Assembly: GCA_004376575.1 (NCBI GenBank)
Contig: SOJN01000148.1
Location: 2-64,001, forward strand
Direction of reading: 5' to 3'
Origin: a candidate division TA06 bacterium
GTDB taxonomy: Bacteria > Hydrothermota > DG-26 > E44-bin18
DNA length: 64,000 nucleotides
Made by a program: the position numbers and the translations under genes. Below, piece after piece: positions 50,593-61,500 of the stretch. Below the pieces are notes generated by a model, which worked only from the letters and a program-made list of their open reading frames with translations, made no database searches and was not told where the DNA came from. Within the stretch, counting starts at the first letter, position 1. Each line of letters starts with the position of its first letter.

Positions 50593-51225
50593 CTACCTCT
50601 CCGCAAGCATCACAATACTCCTCATCACCTCCTCACTTATCTTACGATATAGGTCCTTCCTGTTTGCTTTCCCACTTATGGTCACGGGATCTATGGGCTG
50701 CGCAAATCTAACCACAAACCGCGATCTTCTCAAAATAAGGTCCAGCAATCTCGCATTGGTCCCCTTCAAGTACACAGGAAGAACACTGACGCCGGTCTTG
50801 GCAGCGACGTACCCAAGGCCAACCTGCGGCTCTTGCATCACTCCCGTTTTGCTCCTTGTCCCCTCTGGAAATATGACCACTGCATTCCCATTCTTGAGCA
50901 GGCCAACTATACGTCTTAGCGCTTCAACGGAAGTCTTGCCTTCTTTTAATGGTATCGCATTGAAATGCGAAATAAGCCACGCGAAAAACTTCGTGCCTCT
51001 GAAGAGTCCTGCTTTGGCAAGGAAATGCAGCTCCCGGACGCCAACTCCAATTCCAACTAAAGGAGCGTCCATATTGGACAAGTGGTTGGGGGCTAGTATT
51101 AGACCTCCGGTTCTGGGCACAAACTGCCTACCTTCGATCTTCAGCCCAAACACCACTCTGGCTACTAGATAGAGAAGCCAGTAGCCTATTCTCCACTCCG
51201 GTCGCATGCCCGGACTAAGAGGCAC
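50593..51225 (-). CDS. plsC: 1-acyl-sn-glycerol-3-phosphate acyltransferase
   Basis: NHLSNMD, FPEGTRS. Confidence 0.9.
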   Translation of the reverse strand: MPLSPGMRPEWRIGYWLLYLVARVVFGLKIEGRQFVPRTGGLILAPNHLSNMDAPLVGIGVGVRELHFLAKAGLFRGTKFFAWLISHFNAIPLKEGKTSVEALRRIVGLLKNGNAVVIFPEGTRSKTGVMQEPQVGLGYVAAKTGVSVLPVYLKGTNARLLDLILRRSRFVVRFAQPIDPVTISGKANRKDLYRKISEEVMRSIVMLAER

Positions 51226-51907
51226 AGGCAGTTGCCTTGCGTACCGCCTCTACTACCTGGTTCACCTCCTCTTCTATAGTAAGGTCAGTTGTGTCCATGA
51301 GGATGGCGTCTTCTGCTTTTCTCAAAGGTGAAACTTCGCGCGCAGAGTCTTCTCTGTCTCTTCTTCTTATCTCCTCTTCTATCTGAGAAGTAGGCATATC
51401 CTTCACTATATTGCCAAGCTGTTTTTTTCTTCTCCCGGCTCTCTCCTTCGGAGAGGCAGTTAGAAAGAATTTAACCCTGGCATCGGGAACTACAACCGTC
51501 CCTATGTCACGCCCCTCGCAGACCACTCCTCCCTCTTTGCACATACCCCTCTGAAGGCCAACCAGATGCTCCCTCAGTTCTTTGTGACTCGAAACGAGAG
51601 AGACCCACCTGTCAACCTCTGGCAACCTGATCTGTTCGGTCACATCTTCACCGTTTACCAGAATCATCATCCGCTCACCAGTATCTCTGAACTCAAATTT
51701 CAAGGATCGAGCAAGTCCAGTCAATCTTTTGCTCTCATTCATGTCCAGACTCTTTCTGAGAGCAAGCAGTGTTACTGCCCTATACATGGCTCCTGTCTCG
51801 AGATAGCCGAATCCCAGCCTTCTTGCCGCCAATCTCGCAACCGTAGATTTGCCCGAGCCAGAGGGCCCGTCAATCGCGACCACAATGCCACGCCTTTTCT
51901 TCATCAC
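51215..51907 (-). CDS. cmk: Cytidylate kinase
   Basis: IDGPSGSGKST, TGAMYR, EGRDIGT. Confidence 0.95.
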   Translation of the reverse strand: MMKKRRGIVVAIDGPSGSGKSTVARLAARRLGFGYLETGAMYRAVTLLALRKSLDMNESKRLTGLARSLKFEFRDTGERMMILVNGEDVTEQIRLPEVDRWVSLVSSHKELREHLVGLQRGMCKEGGVVCEGRDIGTVVVPDARVKFFLTASPKERAGRRKKQLGNIVKDMPTSQIEEEIRRRDREDSAREVSPLRKAEDAILMDTTDLTIEEEVNQVVEAVRKATACAS

Positions 51908-52173
51908 CAGAATAACATGTTATTGTCTCATACAGTTATGAATATTGCAACAGTGAATTTGGCACCTTTCACACAAAGAAAAACGGAGGAGATTTCCCCG
52001 AGCGGCCTTGTCTATTTCATTCCACAAAGCTAATATGTAACTTGAAATGACACCCGTATCTCATTTGCTTTAAGGGTCTTAACACCCAAACCAGACTGCA
52101 AGTGTACTATAACAGAATTCTTGAACGTCCTTGCGCGCCAAAACCTTAGAAAAACGAGGGCTCAGGACAGTGA

Positions 52174-52902
52174 CTACTCTATTCTTATTGCCTTGCGGAT
52201 CTGGCTGATTTCGGCCTTGCTCAATCTGCGCCATTTTCCTCTAGATAGCCCGCCCAGGACAATGGGTCCAAATTTAACCCTCTGAAGGCGTATCACATGG
52301 GGTCCCAGTTTTCTGAAAATCCTCCTTACTTCTCTTTTCCTCCCTTCTTTTATGGTCAACTCCAGAACCTCACCTTCCTTCTGGAGCCACCTCACCTTGG
52401 AGACTCTGGCGACTCCATCAACCAGCACTACACCCTGTTTAAGACTACTTAGCTGTTTGCCACTGAGTGGCTTATCGAGCGTCACTCTGTACACCTTTTC
52501 CACTCCGAAACTGGGATGCATCAATCTGTGGGCTGCAAATCCGTCGTTGCTGAATAGAAGAAGACCTTCGGTGTCTTTGTCCAATCGTCCCACGGGGAAG
52601 ACCCTTCCTCCCACGCCCTTGACCAGGTCTTTCACACACTTCCTGCCACGCTCGTCTTTCATTGTGGTAAGGTAGCCCCTTGGCTTGTTCAGCGCGATGA
52701 AAATCACCTCCGTCGAGGCCACCACTCTGCGCCCGTTGACTGTAACCCTATCCACGTTCGGATCTATCTTCGTTCCCAACTCCGTGACCGGGCGCCCATT
52801 CACCTTGACCTTTTCGGTCAGAATGATTCGATCCGCGGCTCGCCTGGAGCAGACGCCGCTTGCAGCAAGGTATCTGTTCAACCGAACTCTGGTTTCACTC
52901 AT
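52174..52902 (-). CDS. rluB: rRNA pseudouridine synthase (RluB/RsuA family)
   Basis: S4 domain RLNRYLA..SRR, GRLDKDTEGLL, EGRKREVRR. Confidence 0.88.
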   Translation of the reverse strand: MSETRVRLNRYLAASGVCSRRAADRIILTEKVKVNGRPVTELGTKIDPNVDRVTVNGRRVVASTEVIFIALNKPRGYLTTMKDERGRKCVKDLVKGVGGRVFPVGRLDKDTEGLLLFSNDGFAAHRLMHPSFGVEKVYRVTLDKPLSGKQLSSLKQGVVLVDGVARVSKVRWLQKEGEVLELTIKEGRKREVRRIFRKLGPHVIRLQRVKFGPIVLGGLSRGKWRRLSKAEISQIRKAIRIE

Positions 52903-52918
52903 GTGGATTTGGACTCGA

Positions 52919-53581
52919 TTACCCAGATTTGTCTGCCGCATCCCTTACCACACATATGGGTGTGAGTTCATTCCCCTGCCCCATAGGGTTGTCCTTCATT
53001 ATTTCTTCAAGAACGGATGCGTTCACCCCGGAGGTCTTACCAATCACCCACGATCCCCCAATATCGTTAATGTCCATGATAGCAGCATCCACCCCTGTTC
53101 TTCTCCTTATAACCTCCGCCACCATATTGGGATTCCTTGGGCCCATTATTACGCAGGATGTGTACGGCTCAACAGGAGATGTGTGAGCCGCGTCGATCAG
53201 GGCTGCCTGTGGTCCGGCTACTCTGTAAAAGTACCCCTTCTTTCCAAAGGGCTTGGTCAGGGCTGAGGCTATTGCCGCAACAAGAATTCGGGCTACTCCA
53301 CATTCGTTTATTGCGCACTGCATTGTTGCTGGACTTCTCAACCCTACTCCATAAGGCACCCTGGTTACAAATCTCCAGAGAACTCTTGCCAGCAACCCTA
53401 TCCCTATTCTTTCTTCAGGGATGGCCCTCCCCTGTGAGATGGCAACAACACTTTCGCTTACGACTATCACATCGCCAGTATGCACCATTCCCCTGCAGTA
53501 TTTGGATACAATCTCAGCTATGTCTTCACCATCTTTGATCGTATGTGTCTTTATGAGCTGTCTTTCGAGCTTTTCTCTCAT
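52919..53581 (-). CDS. Coenzyme F420-0:L-glutamate ligase-like protein (CofE fold)
   Basis: GDVIVVSESVVAISQGR, DIND, DNPMGQGNELTP. Confidence 0.7.
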   Translation of the reverse strand: MREKLERQLIKTHTIKDGEDIAEIVSKYCRGMVHTGDVIVVSESVVAISQGRAIPEERIGIGLLARVLWRFVTRVPYGVGLRSPATMQCAINECGVARILVAAIASALTKPFGKKGYFYRVAGPQAALIDAAHTSPVEPYTSCVIMGPRNPNMVAEVIRRRTGVDAAIMDINDIGGSWVIGKTSGVNASVLEEIMKDNPMGQGNELTPICVVRDAADKSG

Positions 53582-54102
53582 CCCATACCTTTGAGTTCAC
53601 CAACCCGTGGCAGTTCATTCAAATTCTTCAGGTGGAAGTACCGAAGAAACTGCTTTGTGGTGCCATACAGGAGCGGACCGCCCAACTGTTTCGCTCTGCC
53701 CAACACTTGAATCAGATTCCGTTCAAGCAACGTACTGACGACTCCATCCACATTCACTCCCCTTACAGATTCGATGACGGCTTTCGTCACTGGTTGTCTG
53801 AAGGCTATTACCGCAAGAGTTTCCAGGGCCGGCCTCGAAAGCCTCGATGCCCTTCTCCCCTTGTGAAGCCTCGCCACCACCTCAGAGTATTCCTTCCTTG
53901 TATAGAGTTGATAACCTCCAGCAACCTCTTTCAACTCAAAGGCTCTTCCCTGTTCATCATACTCCCTGGCCAATTCTGAAAGAGCCTCTCTCACCTGTTT
54001 TGTGGATGCTCTTGAGTGAGCTCTGAGCTTTTCAATCGAAAGCGGTTCATCTGCAGAGAAGAGCAAGGCCTCTACCCTATTTTTTGATTCCTGCGCATCC
54101 AT
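53578..54102 (-). CDS. scpB: SMC-Scp complex subunit ScpB
   Basis: VEALLF, LETLAVIAFRQPVT, IESVRGV, YGTT. Confidence 0.95.
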   Translation of the reverse strand: MDAQESKNRVEALLFSADEPLSIEKLRAHSRASTKQVREALSELAREYDEQGRAFELKEVAGGYQLYTRKEYSEVVARLHKGRRASRLSRPALETLAVIAFRQPVTKAVIESVRGVNVDGVVSTLLERNLIQVLGRAKQLGGPLLYGTTKQFLRYFHLKNLNELPRVGELKGMG

Positions 54103-54115
54103 CCTTTTCCTCCTC

Positions 54116-55708
54116 TTATGCCCGTCTTACCCGGTCTCGAAGGTCTTTTGCTATCTGCCCTACCTCTCTTATTGCCATCAGCCTTGCGAAAACAAGAAAG
54201 ACAATTCCACCAAGGATCAAGGGTATTATAAGAAGAATAGCCTTTGAGGCAAGTGAAACAAAACCTATTCTTCCTGAGAGCCAGACGTAGCCACCCCAGG
54301 CAGCGCCCCCCATTAGCAAGGAGGCGGTAAGGACTCTCCCCCCGGTGGATCTGATGGCTTTTGCGTCATAAGGCCCCAGGACGCCACGCACTGCAGCGAA
54401 TAAGAGAGCCATATTGAGAATAGAAGCGAGAGAAGTTGAAAATGCCATTGCCCTGAACCTCATGGTCCACATGAGAGCAAGATTCAGCGCGATGTTTGCA
54501 GCAACACAAGCAAAACTTATCTTCATAGGAAGTCCAGGTCTTTTAAGCGAGTAGAAGACCGATGCAAGTACCTTGGATGCTCCAGCACCCATAATAGTGA
54601 GCGAGTAGAACATCAGGGCTTGAGAAGTGAACAATGTGTCAGCCTGAGTGAAATTTCCCCTCTCATAAACAAGTGCACAGATGGGTCTGGCGAGCACTGC
54701 CGTCAGCACAGCAGCAGGTATGGTCAGAGTAAAGACGAGTCTCATGGAGTAGGAGAACGTGGACCTGACCATGTCCATCTCTCTCCTTGAGACTTCCTCG
54801 GATAGTCTGGGTAGAGCGACAGTCGCAACTGCGACACCAAAAAGCCCTATGGGCAACTGCATCAGCCTGAAGGAGTAGCTCAGATAAGAAACCGAGCCCT
54901 CCTCCAGAAGCGTGGCGAGAAAGATGTTTATGAGCACATTTATCCTCGTTGCCGCCATTCCGGCAGCAACCGGAAGAACAAGAAGGATTATACTTCGAAC
55001 GCCCGGGTGGCGAAAGTCAATCCTGAATCTATAATGGAAGCCAACACTTCTGAGTAGAGGGATCTGGATGATAATCTGAAGTAGCCCGCCGGCAATCACA
55101 CCCAAAGCAACAGAGGTTATCGGGTCCCAGCCTATTCCCGGCATGAATCTGTATAGAAGGACCGCGCAAGTTATGACGCCGATATTGAAAAGGGCAGGAG
55201 CTACCGCTGGAACGAAGAACCTCTTGAAATAGTTGAGTACCCCCATCATCAGTGCAGAGACAGCGATGAGAACAAGAAATGGAAAGATGATCCTGGCCAA
55301 CTGCCAGGTGAGAGCAATTTTTCCCGGTTCCCTTGCGAATCCAAAGGCAATTGCTTTCATGATCCACGGAGCAAAAATAACGCACAGCGCGCATACTACA
55401 CTGACAAAGAGGATGAGAGAGTTAAGGACGGTATTGGCAAACCTGAGCGCTTCCTCTTTGCCTTTTTCCACATACTCACTAGAAAAAATTGGAATGAACG
55501 CCGCGTTAAGCGTTCCTTCAGCAAAGAAGTCTCTCAGCAGATTTGGGACATTGAAAGCGACTCGGAAGGCATCCATCGCATACCCGGCCCCGAACAGGTA
55601 CGCAAGAACTACTTCTCTGGCCAGACCAAGAAGGCGGCTTATGCCGGTTGCCGCACTAAAGGCCGCGGCCCGACCCGTAATCTGACCCCTCTCCCCTTGC
55701 TCCCCCAT
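54116..55708 (-). CDS. murJ: Lipid II flippase
   Basis: SRLLGLARE, DAF..PNLLR.FAEG, RLMQLPIG, ERGNF. Confidence 0.95.
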   Translation of the reverse strand: MGEQGERGQITGRAAAFSAATGISRLLGLAREVVLAYLFGAGYAMDAFRVAFNVPNLLRDFFAEGTLNAAFIPIFSSEYVEKGKEEALRFANTVLNSLILFVSVVCALCVIFAPWIMKAIAFGFAREPGKIALTWQLARIIFPFLVLIAVSALMMGVLNYFKRFFVPAVAPALFNIGVITCAVLLYRFMPGIGWDPITSVALGVIAGGLLQIIIQIPLLRSVGFHYRFRIDFRHPGVRSIILLVLPVAAGMAATRINVLINIFLATLLEEGSVSYLSYSFRLMQLPIGLFGVAVATVALPRLSEEVSRREMDMVRSTFSYSMRLVFTLTIPAAVLTAVLARPICALVYERGNFTQADTLFTSQALMFYSLTIMGAGASKVLASVFYSLKRPGLPMKISFACVAANIALNLALMWTMRFRAMAFSTSLASILNMALLFAAVRGVLGPYDAKAIRSTGGRVLTASLLMGGAAWGGYVWLSGRIGFVSLASKAILLIIPLILGGIVFLVFARLMAIREVGQIAKDLRDRVRRA

Positions 55709-55762
55709 CAGCTATTTCTATACCACAAAACGGCCAGCACATCAACAGGGATTAAAAAACTA

Positions 55763-55791
55763 TTGACACTAGGGCCTGGTGAGGGTATAGT
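55763..55791 (+). promoter_or_regulatory. sigma70 promoter of rpsT
   Basis: TTGACA-17 nt-TATAGT. Confidence 0.75.
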
Positions 55792-55820
55792 CGGCACTCT
55801 GCAAATCAACGGAGGATGCC

Positions 55821-56096
55821 TTGGATAGACACAAATCTGCTGAGAAGAGAACTCGTCAAAATGAACGGCGAAGGATGAGGAACAAGGGGATGAAGTCCGC
55901 CATGAGGACTGCCATAAAGAAAGCCTCTGCCGAACCAAAGACCGAAAACCTGAATACCACGTATTCCATGATTGACAAGGCGGTCAAGAAACATCTGATT
56001 CATAAGAAGACCGCAGCCAGGATGAAGTCTAAACTGGCCCGCACCGTGAGCCCCAAACCAAAACCCCAACAAAGAGAAACAAGCGACAAGTCGTAA
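55821..56096 (+). CDS. rpsT: 30S ribosomal protein S20
   Basis: KSAEKRTRQNERRRMRN, IDKAVKK..IHKKTAARMKS; TTG start after GGAGG. Confidence 0.95.
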   Translation: MDRHKSAEKRTRQNERRRMRNKGMKSAMRTAIKKASAEPKTENLNTTYSMIDKAVKKHLIHKKTAARMKSKLARTVSPKPKPQQRETSDKS

Positions 56097-56141
56097 GCTG
56101 AAGGACGGCTGTACGCTTAAGACACAAGCATGCTGTCAGCT

Positions 56142-56314
56142 TCGGGGACGGTTTCCTCCTAAAACCCGAAGGATCTTCGACTTGACATTTGACATTTCGT
56201 CTCTTATGCTAATTTCGTCACATCTGTATCTGACTGCCGTACATTCACTTACGAGCTAACCTCGGGGACGGTGCCCTCCCAAAACCCGAAGGATCTACGA
56301 CTTGACATTTGACA
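56142..56314. repeat. Two 53-bp direct repeats, period 120 bp
   Basis: 56142-56194 and 56262-56314, 4 mismatches. Confidence 0.9.
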
Positions 56315-56353
56315 AAACCCGTGTAGAACCGGCAGCATTTGGTCTCCCCACAC

Positions 56354-58276
56354 CTATTTTTCCTGCAGTTCACTGCGGGCTGCGGCAAGTCCCTTCATGG
56401 CAAGTTGATTGTTTGGCTCGACCCTTAGGACCTTTTCGAATTTCTCTATTGCTTCCTCATATTGACCGAGCATGAACTGGGACCCGCCCAGATGAAGTGT
56501 CGCAGGAAGATTGTCTTCTTCTACTGACAACACACTCTCGAATGCCCGTTTCGCATTAACATACAAACCTTCATTCATCATTCCAATTCCTGACGAGAGC
56601 ATCATCCTCGGATAGATCTCAAGATTATGCCTGGTTCTTTCGTCCCTATAGGTTCTGGCACTGAAACTTGATTTTAGGTTGAGGCTGCCATAGTCGAATA
56701 TTCTCTGTTTCCTTTCTTCTCTGAACTCAAAAATAGTGCCGTAGGGAATCTTTTCCAGGTCCCGTCCGATCTCACGCGCATCAACATCATGGCCATTGAT
56801 AAAAGTCGTGTACGCCCTGCCTGTTTTCATCTGATTATTTATGAATGAGTTGACCATTCTAATGAATCTCCTCTGAATCTCTACAGGGCTTCTTAGTGTT
56901 CCATGCTCGAACTTGTAGAGCTCTTCAAGATACGATTCTATTTCGGGCTTTGATAGATTGAAAGTCCTTGGAGACTGTCTTTCTAGATAGTCGAAATACC
57001 ACGAGCGCCGAAGAAGTTCTTTGTCGATCATAACAACATCTCTTCTTTTGCCCTCGATGTGTTGTATGTAAAGTATGGGAGAGTAAATGTCCCAGTTGTT
57101 GGTGAGGCACAATCCGTTATTTTCGATTGACTTGAGATGGTTTTCGCCATACTCGTATGCGATGCGATTCCTGCTCATATCGCATTTGTAGTAATGCGCG
57201 CCAATTGGAATCAAGAAGACAAAAGCGCCAAGCAACAGGATTGCTTTCCGCGTAGTTTTTCTGAACAGAAACCGTAAGCCAAAACCAGAAACCACGGCCA
57301 TTATCATAAATGCTGGAATGTAATACGCGTCTATGTCCGGTATGTCATAGTTCAGTGAGTACAATAGGTCGAGGAAAAAGATTGCGAGAATGAGATAGAC
57401 CTTTTTAGACTTCTTTGCTGCGAAGATCCCCAGAAGCGGCAGCCACAGGAGAAATGGTGTGAACTGGTCAAGTGCCAGACGGCCGAACTGGATAAGGTGA
57501 ACCTTCAGGACCTGAAGTTCCGAACTGAACATCCACACCCTGTACTGCTTCCCACTGACATGCCATATGAATCTCTCAAGCGTGGATGCATTCCCCCAAT
57601 TCATCACTGGATTCTCATGAGCCCTGATGGGGAGATACGCATATATGGAGAGACCAAGAAAGAAAAGGACAATCATCAAAGGGAGTTTCTTGAGCGTTTC
57701 CTTGCGAACACCCAGTATGTAGATTCCACAGGGGATTCCAACAAGCAAAGCACCCATATGATTGGATAGAGCCAGTCCCAAAGTGTATGCAAAAAGGAGA
57801 GGCGCTTTCTGGTCATCTGAGAAAGTGAGGAAAATAAGAACAGAGATGAGGAATGTGGTCAGTGAATATACTTCAGTGACCACTGCCTGATTCCAGATGG
57901 TTGTACTGAAAGCAAACGAAGAGGCGCAAAAGAAAGCGAGCAGTCTGGACCTGGTTGGATCAGCGCCCTCGGAGGCAAGAATTCTGGAGATAGTGATGAA
58001 CAGAATGAACGTTGAAAGCGCTGCAAAGAACGCAGACATGAAATTTGTTCTCACGACAACAGAGCCAAGAGGAATCAGGGAAAAGAGTCTGCCAAGGAGA
58101 GTATACAGAGGGTAGCCTGTTGGATGAGCTATCCCAAGAGTTCGTGACACAACGCACAATTCTCCAGCATCCACAAAGCCGACAGTACGACACAATGTAA
58201 GACTGTAAATGATTAGCGGAAGAACAAATGCTGCCACACCGAGGATGACTGCGAGCCTCTTGTTGTGCATGTGCAC
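56354..58276 (-). CDS. DUF2723 / TMEM260-like GT-C membrane glycosyltransferase with C-terminal TPRs
   Basis: DAGEL...GIAHPTGYPLY, EVY, YLPIRA..P..NWG; many TM segments; TPR-like tail. Confidence 0.85.
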   Translation of the reverse strand: MHMHNKRLAVILGVAAFVLPLIIYSLTLCRTVGFVDAGELCVVSRTLGIAHPTGYPLYTLLGRLFSLIPLGSVVVRTNFMSAFFAALSTFILFITISRILASEGADPTRSRLLAFFCASSFAFSTTIWNQAVVTEVYSLTTFLISVLIFLTFSDDQKAPLLFAYTLGLALSNHMGALLVGIPCGIYILGVRKETLKKLPLMIVLFFLGLSIYAYLPIRAHENPVMNWGNASTLERFIWHVSGKQYRVWMFSSELQVLKVHLIQFGRLALDQFTPFLLWLPLLGIFAAKKSKKVYLILAIFFLDLLYSLNYDIPDIDAYYIPAFMIMAVVSGFGLRFLFRKTTRKAILLLGAFVFLIPIGAHYYKCDMSRNRIAYEYGENHLKSIENNGLCLTNNWDIYSPILYIQHIEGKRRDVVMIDKELLRRSWYFDYLERQSPRTFNLSKPEIESYLEELYKFEHGTLRSPVEIQRRFIRMVNSFINNQMKTGRAYTTFINGHDVDAREIGRDLEKIPYGTIFEFREERKQRIFDYGSLNLKSSFSARTYRDERTRHNLEIYPRMMLSSGIGMMNEGLYVNAKRAFESVLSVEEDNLPATLHLGGSQFMLGQYEEAIEKFEKVLRVEPNNQLAMKGLAAARSELQEK

Positions 58277-58341
58277 AGTCTACGCAACCCAACCCATCGA
58301 GTCAATCCCATAACATAGATGAAATGGCGTGAACTATTCTG

Positions 58342-58370
58342 TTGACCAATTTGCTTTTGTGCAGTAGACT
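58342..58370 (+). promoter_or_regulatory. Putative sigma70 promoter of the large surface protein
   Basis: TTGACC-17 nt-TAGACT. Confidence 0.5.
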
Positions 58371-58507
58371 CCTTCTGTAAGAGAACGGTCTTCAAGGACG
58401 GCGCGGATGTTCGGGTGTGTTACACAAAAAGAGAAAAAGCTCAGGTCACGGAAGTGTCCCGCGGGCAACCAATGTCTGCCCGCGACCTCACGATCTCTGG
58501 AGGAGCA

Positions 58508-61500
58508 ATGAATAAAAAGTGTTTGCTCATTGCCATGGCCATTCTTTTCACCTTCGGCTATGCCATGGCACAGGTGCCCAAAGTCTCACACATATATCCC
58601 GATGCTGGAATAAATACACAAAGCGTTGATGCCAAGATATACGGCGCCAACTTCCAAACAGATCCTATAAACGCAGTCAAACTTGTCAGGCCTGGCTACC
58701 CGGACATAGACGGAACCTCCATAAACATCGTCTCAGAGGAATACCTGACCTGCTCGTTTGACCTGACAGGCGATTCAACTGGCCTACATGACCTCACAGT
58801 CTCAAACAGTTCTGGCGAAGATACGCTGCCTCGGTGTTTTACAGTCTATACACCGTCTGGCTCTTCTCTCGTATGGGCAAGGACTGTAATAGATTCGGGC
58901 GCACCTGCCTCCTATTACATTGCTATGGGAGACGCTGATGGGGATCACGAAATCGAGCTATATGGTGCAAAAGGTTGGAGCATCTATCAATACAAATGGG
59001 ATGGGATGGGTTGGTCGAAAACCACCATAGGTGCCGGCAGCGATTACGTCATTGAGATCGCATTGGGGGATGTGAATCGCGATGGCAAGATCGAAATATA
59101 TGTTGCATGCCTGGACGACACACTGTACATGTTTGAGTGGAATGGCGTGTCCTGGATCCGAACACCTATTTGGGCCAGCAGCGGCGGCATACGAGGAGTT
59201 ACGATAGGAGACGCTGATGGTGACGGAGAAAATGAGCTGTACACCGCTGCCCGAGACAGCATCTTCGAGTTCGAGTGGAATGGCGTAGCCTGGCAGTGGT
59301 CAACCGTCGGAGCCTGTTCACTCAGCTTTTTGGGGTTTCGCACAGCTCTTGCAGTCGGAGATGGAAATGATGACGGTGAGATAGAACTATATGGATGTGC
59401 CGTCGACAGTACCATACAGTTCAAATGGGATGGAGTGAGTTGGGTAGAATCAGCAGTCGGTAGGCACACCGGCTTTGCGGTTGCCCTAGGTGACGGCAAC
59501 CGGGACGGAGATATGGAGACGTATGCTGGTGGTGACAGCATCCATCAATTCAAGTGGGACGGGGTGAATTGGACGAAGACACCGATGGGCAGCGTAGGAT
59601 TCCAGGCTGTTCGATTTGCGGTAGCAGATGGCAATGGGGATGCCGAAATCGAGGTATATGTGACGTCCGCTATGGATCCCGGTTTTGCCGTAATCCACGA
59701 ACTATGCCAGTATGAATGGACCGGTGCATCCTGGACAGAGACGACCATCTATTCGATCCCCAGTGTGGAAATACCTGGACTTGCGGTGGGGGACGGCAAC
59801 TATGACGGTGAGATGGAAGTGTATGTGGCAACAGAGAATGGTGACCTTTACCAGTTTAAGGCTGCGTTTATCCCTGACATCGAAGTGTCTGACACGGAAC
59901 ACGACTTCGGCCCGGTTCCTATCGGTGATTCGCTAGACTGGGAGTATCTCATCATAAGAAATGTTGGTGTTGACACCCTGTTTATCGACAGTATCCTGTC
60001 CGACACTGCTGACTATGGAGTGTTGGCCTCATTATTCTCCGACACGATACTTGCAGACGATTCGATGCTTGTGACTGTAAGGTTCAAGCCTTCTGCAGTT
60101 GACACCATAGCAGGAACGTTGTCAATCTTCTCAGATGACCCGGATGAAGCAGTGCTGAATGTTTCCCTTACGGGAGTCGGCATCATCCCTCCAAAGGTCA
60201 GCCATATCTACCCTGACGCAGGCATAAACACGAGTACTGTTGACGCCAAGATATACGGCGCCAAGTTTCAGACAGACCCCGTAAACGCAGTCAAACTTGT
60301 CAGGCCTGGCAGCCCGGACATAGACGGAACTTCAATAACCGTCGTCTCAGACGAGTATTTGACCTGTTCGTTCAACCTTACCGGAAACTCGACTGGCCTG
60401 TATGGCCTTGTAGTGTCAAACAGTTTTGGTAATGATACCCTCCCCGGGTGCTTTACCATATGTTCGCCGTCAGTGTCTCCATACATTTGGGAAAGGACAA
60501 CTGTCTACTCGGGCGGCGGGAGCATTGCTGGACTTGTCGTCGGAGATGCCGATAATGACGGAGATATAGAAATGTATCGTGCAAGCGGTTCGAGTTTGTT
60601 TCGGTTTGAATGGGATGGCTTCATGTGGGTCATGACATTTCTAGGTGGTGACGCATCTGGCATGTTCGACATCGTACTGGGAGATGGGAATGGGGACGAT
60701 GAACTGGAAATCTATGGCGCTTGTTATGACGATAGCGTCTATCAGTTCAAGTGGAATGGTTTTGACTTCACGAAGACAGCAGTCGGCGCTGTCAACAGCA
60801 GCATCCGCTCTCTTGCCTTGGGGGATGGAAATCGGGACGGCGAACTCGAGATTTACGCTTCTGACCTGGACAGTATCTATCAGTTCAGGTGGGACGGAAT
60901 AAGTTGGACAAGGACGACTGTTGGTGCATGTTCACTTGCTTCTATGTCGCTCCGAAGAGTCCTCATTGCCGGAGACGGGAATGATGATGGCGAAATTGAG
61001 CTATATACCTACAGCAGCGACAGTATCTATCAGTTCAAATGGGACGGAATCAGTTGGACAGAATCAGCTATCGCAGAGAACGTAGGTTTTGCCCTTGCAG
61101 TAGGAGATGGCGACCAGGATGGTGAGACGGAGATATACGCAGGTGGGGGCAGTATACACCAGTTCAAGTGGAACGGCACCTCGTGGGGCCAAACAATAAT
61201 CGGCAGCATAAACGGCGCCGTGTCCGGGCTCGTCGTGGGAGATGGCAACGGAGACGGAGAGATGGAGATATATGCAACAGTTGGTATGGAACTCGGTTAC
61301 CCCCCTGACATGGGTATTCATTATTTCAAGTGGGATGGAATACAATGGGCGAAGACAACAATTTCCAACTATGAATTGTATGAGCCTGCTGTGGGTGATG
61401 GCAACTATGACGGTGAGATGGAAGTATATGCGGCAACAGGGGGCGGCGATGTTTACCAGTTCAAGCCCGCCTTCATCCCAGACATAGAATTGGCTGAGAC

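Noticed and set aside
51908..52173. ncRNA or small gene in the AT-rich rluB-cmk gap
   Set aside because: No convincing structure, tRNA fold or SD-led ORF; probably an internal promoter region.
56142..56314. CRISPR array
   Set aside because: Only two repeats, 53 bp long with a 67-nt spacer, and no cas genes.
58440..58500. Riboswitch in the surface-protein leader
   Set aside because: Only one hairpin (cgcgggca..tgcccgcg); no aptamer consensus recognised.
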